Shown here piece by piece: positions 7,147-12,274 of a stretch of DNA of 12,274 nucleotides. The stretch is from Candidatus Bipolaricaulia bacterium (GTDB taxonomy: Bacteria; Bipolaricaulota; Bipolaricaulia; JBHIAT01), in the NCBI GenBank assembly GCA_046758705.1, contig JBHIAT010000111.1, positions 1 to 12,274 of the forward strand, in the 5' to 3' direction. A program made the translations under genes and the position numbers. The notes beneath the pieces were generated by a model. It had not been told where the DNA came from and made no database searches. It saw only the letters and a list, made by a program, of their open reading frames with translations. The stretch's first letter is position 1. Every line of letters starts with the position of its first letter.

Positions 7147-7533
7147 ATGAAGATCGATCACATCGCCATCGCCGTCGTCAATCTTGATGCGGCAATCGAG
7201 CACTATCGGTTGATCGGATTTGAGGTGACCGGATTGGAGACGGTGATGACCGAGCGCGTGCGGGTCGCGTTCCTCGAGTTGGGCGACGACCGGGTCGAGC
7301 TCATCGAACCCCTGGCCGGCAGCACCGTCGAGCGGTTCGTGGAACGACGCGGGCCGGGGATCCATCACATCGCCCTGGGCGTCGAGGATCTCGACGCCGA
7401 GCTGACCCGGCTCCAGGAGGCCGGGATCGAGCTGATCGATGAGCAACCCGGGCCGGGGGCAGAGGGCTCCCGGGTTGTGTTCGTCCACCCGAGGGAGATG
7501 GGAGGGGTGCTGATCGAACTGGTCGAACGTTGA
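7147..7533 (+). CDS. mce: Methylmalonyl-CoA epimerase (VOC family)
   Basis: MKIDHIAIAV, VRVAFL, VELIEPL, RGPGIHHIALGVEDL, GAEGSRVVFVHP, GGVLIELVE; in an operon with the mutase. Confidence 0.93.
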   Translation: MKIDHIAIAVVNLDAAIEHYRLIGFEVTGLETVMTERVRVAFLELGDDRVELIEPLAGSTVERFVERRGPGIHHIALGVEDLDAELTRLQEAGIELIDEQPGPGAEGSRVVFVHPREMGGVLIELVER

Positions 7534-7565
7534 GCAGACGAACTAAAAAAGGGGGTATAGATATC

Positions 7566-8261
7566 ATGCTGAATCGATTGATCTTCAAGCGAACCGTCGT
7601 TGTCGTTTTGGGAGTTGCGTTGTTCATCTTGGCGGTCCACGCGGCAGGCGTAGGCCAGGAAACGGAGAGGGTGGCGGTGTTGAAAGTCGCCATATTGGGC
7701 GGGATAGACCTGCGAATCGTCGAGGAGGCGAGATTCACCCTGACCCAGCAGACCGGCGTTTCGGTCCAGCTGTTCAACGTCCCTTCGGCCGACCTGTTGT
7801 ACCAGGATCCCATGCTCATGCCGGATGTGCTGGTCACGCCGATCTTTGAGCCTGATCTCGCCGAACGGGCGACCCGGACATTTGGGACGATCAGTCTGGC
7901 GACCTCCAATGAGGTGGGGTTCGTCTACATCTCGGGGACGGACACCGGGGTGAAGTACGGCTTCAACTTCATCGACACCTTGATCAAAGTCTCCAAGACC
8001 GCTCCGTCGATCGAACTCTCTCGGAACGATATCTCGGGGGATCGGTTGTTCATCGTCGGTGATATCGACAACCTCACTGAGGAGGTGGCGATCACCATCA
8101 CCGGAGCCGACGGCTCCACCGACCAAGCGATCATCGCGCCGGGGGCGTTGGGGGGGTTCCAGGTGGCATTCTCGATCGGCGGGTTCACGCAACCGATCAT
8201 GGTGACGATCACCGTGGGGGAGGTGACAATCACCGTGCCTGCTGGCGTGCGGTTGGGTTGA
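7566..8261 (+). CDS. Hypothetical secreted/periplasmic protein (231 aa)
   Basis: AAAGGGGGT RBS before ATG 7566. Sec-type signal MLNRLIFKR-TVVVVLGVALFILAVHA-AGVGQ. Beta-strand-rich C-terminal half. No family recognised. Confidence 0.8.
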   Translation: MLNRLIFKRTVVVVLGVALFILAVHAAGVGQETERVAVLKVAILGGIDLRIVEEARFTLTQQTGVSVQLFNVPSADLLYQDPMLMPDVLVTPIFEPDLAERATRTFGTISLATSNEVGFVYISGTDTGVKYGFNFIDTLIKVSKTAPSIELSRNDISGDRLFIVGDIDNLTEEVAITITGADGSTDQAIIAPGALGGFQVAFSIGGFTQPIMVTITVGEVTITVPAGVRLG

Positions 8262-8280
8262 GGGACGTTGTCGTCAGCGA

Positions 8281-9771
8281 TTATCCCGCATCTGAGTGCT
8301 GGGTCTGGGTACTGGGTTCGAAGCCCCAGTCGGTCCCGTCGGCCCGGTCCTTGAGCGTGACCCCGAGTTCACCGAGCCGATCGCGGATCCGGTCGGCGAG
8401 TTCCCACTGTTGGTTGTCCCGCAACACGGCCCGCACATCGATCAGAAGTTCGATCAACTGGTCCGGTAAGCCGATTTCTCCCCCGAAACGCTTTTCCTGG
8501 AATAGGCCCAGGGGCTCGCCCAGTTCCCGGAGAACCGCCGCAGTCTGGGCGAGCAGTGGCAGATCGCGATCGGTCATCTCATCGCTTCGAAACCGGTGCA
8601 CCTCCCGGACGAGCTCGAAAACGATCCCGAGCGCCCCGGCGGTGTTGAAGTCATCGTCCAGCGCTGCGATGAACCGATCCCGAACCTCGTTCAGATAAGC
8701 GGTGAATCGTTGACCCGTCTCGCTGAGCCCTTCCCCTTCCGGTTTGACATCGACGGCCGTATACTCCCGCCGGCTCAGGTCGAGTTCGATCTCCTCCAGC
8801 AGGTTATAGACCCGCCTCACACTGCGTTCGGCCTCGGCCACGCCCGTTTCGGTGAAGTTGATCGGTGTCCGGTAGTGCTTCGACAGGAAGAAGAACCGCA
8901 CCGGGTCCCGGCCATAGCGTGCGACCACCTCCCGGGCGTATTCAAAGTTGCCGAGGGACTTGGACATCTTCTCCCCCTGGTAGTCGAGGAGCGCGTTGTG
9001 CAACCAGTAGTGCGCGAACGGCTTCCCGGTCTTCGCCTCAGCTTGGGCAATCTCATTCTCGTGGTGGGGAAAGATCAGGTCACTCCCCCCGGTGTGGATG
9101 TCGGGACCCTTCCTGAACAGGTCGATCGCCATCACGGCACATTCGGTATGCCAGCCCGGTCGCCCCGGCCCCCAGGGGCTCTCCCAGCTCGGCTCGTTCG
9201 GCTTGGCCCGTTTCCACAGGGCGAAGTCCAGTGGGTCCTCCTTTCGCTCATCGACCGCCACCCGGGCACCGCTCTCCAACTCGTCGATCGATCTCCCCGA
9301 GAGTTTTCCATAGCCTGCAAACCGTCGCACGCGGTAGTAGACATCGCCGTCGACCTCGTAGGCATACCCTGACTCGATCAGCGTCTCGATGAACTCGATC
9401 ATGGGCTCAATGTAAGCGGTCGCCTGTGGATGGCGATCGGCCCGTCGGACTCCAAGCCGCTCCAGATCCTTGAAGAAAGCGTCGGTGTACCGTTTCGCGA
9501 TCTCCTGAGTGGATTTCCCCTCGGTGAGCGCCCGGTTGATGATCTTGTCGTCGACGTCGGTGATGTTCTGGGCGTAGATGACCCGGTATCCCTTGACCTG
9601 CTCCAGGTAGTTTCTGAGCGCATCGAATACGATGAATGGGCGTGCATTTCCGATGTGAATGTAATCGTAGACGGTCGGTCCGCAGCTGTAAAGGGATATC
9701 TGACCTGACTCACTGGGCTCGAAGGGCTCCTTTTTCCCGGATAGCGTGTTGTAAAGCATCAACGACGTCAT
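8281..9771 (-). CDS. cysS: Cysteine--tRNA ligase
   Basis: LYNTLS, CGPTVYD..HIGNAR, NITDVDDKII, DFALWK, PGRPGWHTEC, DLIFPHHENE, KMSKSLGN, DDDFNT, ADRIRDRL. Confidence 0.98.
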   Translation of the reverse strand: MTSLMLYNTLSGKKEPFEPSESGQISLYSCGPTVYDYIHIGNARPFIVFDALRNYLEQVKGYRVIYAQNITDVDDKIINRALTEGKSTQEIAKRYTDAFFKDLERLGVRRADRHPQATAYIEPMIEFIETLIESGYAYEVDGDVYYRVRRFAGYGKLSGRSIDELESGARVAVDERKEDPLDFALWKRAKPNEPSWESPWGPGRPGWHTECAVMAIDLFRKGPDIHTGGSDLIFPHHENEIAQAEAKTGKPFAHYWLHNALLDYQGEKMSKSLGNFEYAREVVARYGRDPVRFFFLSKHYRTPINFTETGVAEAERSVRRVYNLLEEIELDLSRREYTAVDVKPEGEGLSETGQRFTAYLNEVRDRFIAALDDDFNTAGALGIVFELVREVHRFRSDEMTDRDLPLLAQTAAVLRELGEPLGLFQEKRFGGEIGLPDQLIELLIDVRAVLRDNQQWELADRIRDRLGELGVTLKDRADGTDWGFEPSTQTQHSDAG

Positions 9772-9813
9772 CGTCGCTCGGTCCCCCTCTCAATCTGAGA
9801 CTTAACTTAATTT

Positions 9814-9843
9814 AATATAACAGGTGGTCATGGGTTGAGGCAA
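9814..9843 (-). promoter_or_regulatory. Putative cysS-proximal promoter
   Basis: Minus strand TTGCCT (9843-9838) - 18 nt - TATATT (9819-9814), with extended -10 TG and an AT-rich downstream stretch. Confidence 0.55.
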
Positions 9844-9859
9844 GGACCCCGGGAGGAAG

Positions 9860-10016
9860 ATAATAAAGATACACCGGGGGGGTTTGAGGAAAGGCTTAAG
9901 TGGTCATGGTCAAGAGATGTCATCCCCCGGTGTACGGTTGTGGGCATCTCCTCAGGCTGTATGCCCCGTGAGGATAAGCACATCCTCATCGGATAAGGCA
10001 TAAGCCATTGAAGGGT
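9860..10016 (-). ncRNA. Candidate structured ncRNA or cis-regulatory leader of unknown class
   Basis: Starts just after a near-consensus promoter. Long bulged hairpin at 9950-10013 with 20 Watson-Crick pairs in its core; perfect 11-bp IR at 9870-9880 / 9924-9934 followed by a U-rich tract. No convincing ORF. Confidence 0.55.
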
Positions 10017-10022
10017 ATTCAG

Positions 10023-10051
10023 AGTATACCATGCCGACCGGTGTTCGTCAA
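10023..10051 (-). promoter_or_regulatory. Near-consensus sigma70-type promoter just downstream of acpS
   Basis: Minus strand TTGACG (10051-10046) - 17 nt - TATACT (10028-10023), with extended -10 TG. Confidence 0.75.
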
Positions 10052-10075
10052 GTCGAGGCCGGGGTGAATGACCCA

Positions 10076-10444
10076 TCAAGGTTCGGATCGGACAACGACG
10101 ATCTGGGCGATCGCATACCGCTCGGTGTGGGTCAGGCTGAGGTGGATCGTCCCGAACCGGCTCTGCTCGTCCCCGTGGATCTCCAGGTAGGGTTGGCCAG
10201 AGGGTTTGTTCTTCACCTCGATCTGCTTCCATCCGAGTCCATTCCAGCCGCCGATCGCTTTGACGAACGCCTCTTTGGCGGCGAACCGCGCGGCCAGGCT
10301 CTCGAAGGTGCGCTTCTTGTTGAAGCAGTGATCGAGTTCGGCCGGGGTGAACACTCGCGCTAGGAACCGGTCTCCCCGTTTGTCTACGATCCGCTTGAAT
10401 CTCGGCACCTCGACGAGATCGATACCGACACCATAGTGGTTCAT
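10076..10444 (-). CDS. acpS: Holo-[acyl-carrier-protein] synthase (phosphopantetheinyl transferase)
   Basis: GVGIDLVEVPRF, RVFTPAE, LAARFAAKEAFVKA, SGQP, LSLTH. GGAGG lies 9 nt before ATG 10444 (ATG 10450 is an alternative). Confidence 0.95.
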   Translation of the reverse strand: MNHYGVGIDLVEVPRFKRIVDKRGDRFLARVFTPAELDHCFNKKRTFESLAARFAAKEAFVKAIGGWNGLGWKQIEVKNKPSGQPYLEIHGDEQSRFGTIHLSLTHTERYAIAQIVVVRSEP

Positions 10445-10461
10445 AGCCATCGGCCTCCGGT

Positions 10462-11067
10462 TCAGGACGCCGGAGGAGACGAAGGGACAATCCGGCATCG
10501 TTCGGCGTGCACGATCGCCTGGAGAAAGGCGACCGCTGTCTCCACCCGATCGTTGACGATCAGGTAATCGAACTCCGGGATCGCCTCCATCTCTTCGGTG
10601 GTGATCTTCAGGCGGTTCTCGATCTGTTCGGGGCTTTCTGTCTCACGCGCCTCTATCCGCCGCCTCAAGTCTTCCAAGGACGGGGGAGCGATGAACACGA
10701 AGACGGCCGGCAAGCTCTGGCCCATCAGCTGACGGGCGCCCTGAACATCGATATTCAGGATGAGGTCGACCCCGGCTGCAAGCCCCTGTTCAACTTCCCG
10801 CTTGGGGGTTCCGTAATAGTCACCGAAGACCCAAGCGTACTCGAAGAACTCCTCGGCTTCAATCATCTGCTCGAACTGCTCCCGGGAGACGAACCGATAG
10901 TCGACCCCATCGACCTCATCTTTACGGTGGTTTCGGGTGGTGCAAGAGACGGAGAAGCGTAACCCGTCCATCCGCTCCATCAACTGTCGAATCAGGGTCG
11001 TCTTCCCGGCTCCTGAAGGGCCGGTGATGATGAACAGGCTGCCTCGCCCTCGCACCCTATAGGCCAC
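10462..11067 (-). CDS. gmk: Guanylate kinase
   Basis: GPSGAGKTT, SVSCTTR, EVDGVDYRFVS, YYGTP, IDVQGA, FIAPPSLEDL, FDYLIVND. Confidence 0.97.
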   Translation of the reverse strand: MAYRVRGRGSLFIITGPSGAGKTTLIRQLMERMDGLRFSVSCTTRNHRKDEVDGVDYRFVSREQFEQMIEAEEFFEYAWVFGDYYGTPKREVEQGLAAGVDLILNIDVQGARQLMGQSLPAVFVFIAPPSLEDLRRRIEARETESPEQIENRLKITTEEMEAIPEFDYLIVNDRVETAVAFLQAIVHAERCRIVPSSPPAS

Positions 11068-11313
11068 CTAATCGGCTCCAAACCGTTCCGACAAGGTCTT
11101 GACGCGGACCGGGGACAGGATAATGCGGTCAGAGTCCATGATGACGACCGACCGGGTCTTCCGCCCCTGGGTCGCGTCGATGACCTGGTTCTTCTTCTCG
11201 GACTCCTTGATCAGCCGGCGTATCGGCGCCGTATCCGGCTTGATAATCGCCACGATCCGGTCCTTCAACACCATATTATCGAGTCCGAGGTTGATCAGTT
11301 CACTGTCACTCAA
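11068..11313 (-). CDS. remA: RemA/YlzA family (DUF370) small regulatory protein
   Basis: LINLGLDNMV..DRIVAII.PD.APIRRL, IDATQGRKTRSVVIMDS..IILS; conserved position between yicC and gmk. TTG start overlaps the yicC end. Confidence 0.9.
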   Translation of the reverse strand: MSDSELINLGLDNMVLKDRIVAIIKPDTAPIRRLIKESEKKNQVIDATQGRKTRSVVIMDSDRIILSPVRVKTLSERFGAD

Positions 11314-12175
11314 GGTTTCTCACCTGCTCTCTTAACCTTTTGATCTCCGATTTCATGGCAATGATGGACGCAGAGACCTCAGGAGCTCTGGCTTTGGCTC
11401 CAATCGTGCTGATCTCTCGATGCATCTCCTGGGCGAGGAAGTCGAGTTCTCGGCCGACCGGCCCTCCGGCGTCGATCTGCGCCAGAGACCGGTCAAGATG
11501 GCTTTGCAGGCGGACGATCTCCTCTGAGATATCCGAACGTTCCGCGTAGAACACCACCTCCTCCTCTAACCGTCGTGCGTCTAACTCCTGCCCCTGCCCT
11601 ACATTGGCTACCAGGTCGCTGACCCGCTCCCGCAACCGCTCCCGGTATTCGGCGATTAGTTGCGGAGCCCGTTCCATGATCCGTACCAGCTGGTGGTTCA
11701 GAGCTGTCAACCGCTCCTTGAGGTCTGCTTTCAAGTGTTTCCCTTCCTCCTCCCGGGCGCGGGTCACCGCCTTCACTCCGTTGGTCAGAGCGGCATGAAG
11801 CGTCTCCCAGAGTGCCGCCTCATCCTCCTCCCAGTGGAAGATCTCCTTCGGATCGATGAATCGCTCGAAGGGGAGTTCGACGTCAAGTTCCTGCGATAAC
11901 GCGACGACCGCCTGATGATATTGACGTACCCGGTCCAGATCATAGCTGAGCTGAGCGGCTCCGCCCCGATCGATCGCCACCCAGGTCTCCACCCGACCCC
12001 GATGAAACGCCTGCTTCAACAGCGCTTCGCTCTTCACCATCAGCTCCTGATGGTTGTCTAATCCGTGTACTCGAACATCCAGGTACTTGTGATTGATGGT
12101 CTTGATCTCGACGGAGACGAGATAACCATCCCGTTCGGCTTCTCCCCTCCCGAAACCGGTCATACTACACAGCAT
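11306..12175 (-). CDS. yicC: YicC/YloC family endoribonuclease
   Basis: SMTGFGR, EIKTINHKYLD, RGRV, ERSDISEEIVRLQSH, VGRELDFLAQEMHREISTIGAK, LREQVRNLE. Confidence 0.95.
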   Translation of the reverse strand: MLCSMTGFGRGEAERDGYLVSVEIKTINHKYLDVRVHGLDNHQELMVKSEALLKQAFHRGRVETWVAIDRGGAAQLSYDLDRVRQYHQAVVALSQELDVELPFERFIDPKEIFHWEEDEAALWETLHAALTNGVKAVTRAREEEGKHLKADLKERLTALNHQLVRIMERAPQLIAEYRERLRERVSDLVANVGQGQELDARRLEEEVVFYAERSDISEEIVRLQSHLDRSLAQIDAGGPVGRELDFLAQEMHREISTIGAKARAPEVSASIIAMKSEIKRLREQVRNLE

Positions 12176-12205
12176 TTTTCGAGCTTCCTCAGTCCTTTAG
12201 GGATC

Positions 12206-12234
12206 TTGTAAATAAACATCAGATGCAGTATAAT
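12206..12234 (+). promoter_or_regulatory. Oppositely oriented sigma70-type promoter overlapping the yicC promoter
   Basis: TTGTAA (12206-12211) - 17 nt - TATAAT (12229-12234). Confidence 0.6.
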
Positions 12235-12255
12235 ATTTCAACGGAAAGTTGTCAA
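12227..12255 (-). promoter_or_regulatory. Near-consensus sigma70-type promoter of yicC-remA-gmk-acpS
   Basis: Minus strand TTGACA (12255-12250) - 17 nt - TATACT (12232-12227). Confidence 0.8.
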
Positions 12256-12274
12256 GAGAAACCACTATAATGAA

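Noticed and set aside
9772..10075. T-box riboswitch, tRNA, 6S, SRP or RNase P RNA upstream of cysS
   Set aside because: No UGGNACC antiterminator, no cloverleaf or TTCGA arm, no SRP GGAAGG..GCAG motif, GAGGAAAGG does not continue as RNase P GAGGAAAGUCC, and no end-to-end 6S rod is evident by eye. A covariance search is still needed.
9828..10490. 220-aa minus-strand ORF or Cys-containing leader peptide
   Set aside because: It overlaps acpS out of frame and crosses the promoter. Internal ATGs lack a properly spaced RBS and there is no run of Cys codons.
1256..11899. Numerous long antisense or alternate-frame ORFs (e.g. 1256-1915, 1885-2559, 5411-6052, 7365-8192, 8596-9372)
   Set aside because: Shadow ORFs expected in GC-rich coding DNA; they overlap well-supported genes and show no motifs.

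Overview
GC-rich bacterial chromosomal window, mostly housekeeping and metabolic genes, with a decayed accessory left end. In order: a type I R-M hsdM pseudogene with three separate lesions, ending at a ~100-nt structured non-coding element; a 97-aa orphan ORF (-); operon A (+) with udk, a stand-alone cyclic-nucleotide-binding-domain (CNBD) protein and a pentapeptide-repeat/2-TM potassium-channel-like protein with a GLG filter; panE (-); operon B (+) with a methylmalonyl-CoA mutase catalytic subunit, a second paralogous stand-alone CNBD protein, methylmalonyl-CoA epimerase and a secreted orphan; cysS (-); a 304-nt intergenic region holding a near-consensus promoter and a strongly structured ~150-nt candidate RNA; and yicC-remA-gmk-acpS (-) behind a bidirectional sigma70-type promoter. 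The best leads are (i) the two HTH-less CNBD paralogs placed directly after metabolic enzymes, one next to a channel that lacks its own CNBD, (ii) the unannotated structured RNA upstream of cysS, and (iii) the hairpin element that truncates hsdM. All calls come from reading the sequence and motifs by eye; no database searches or folding programs were run.
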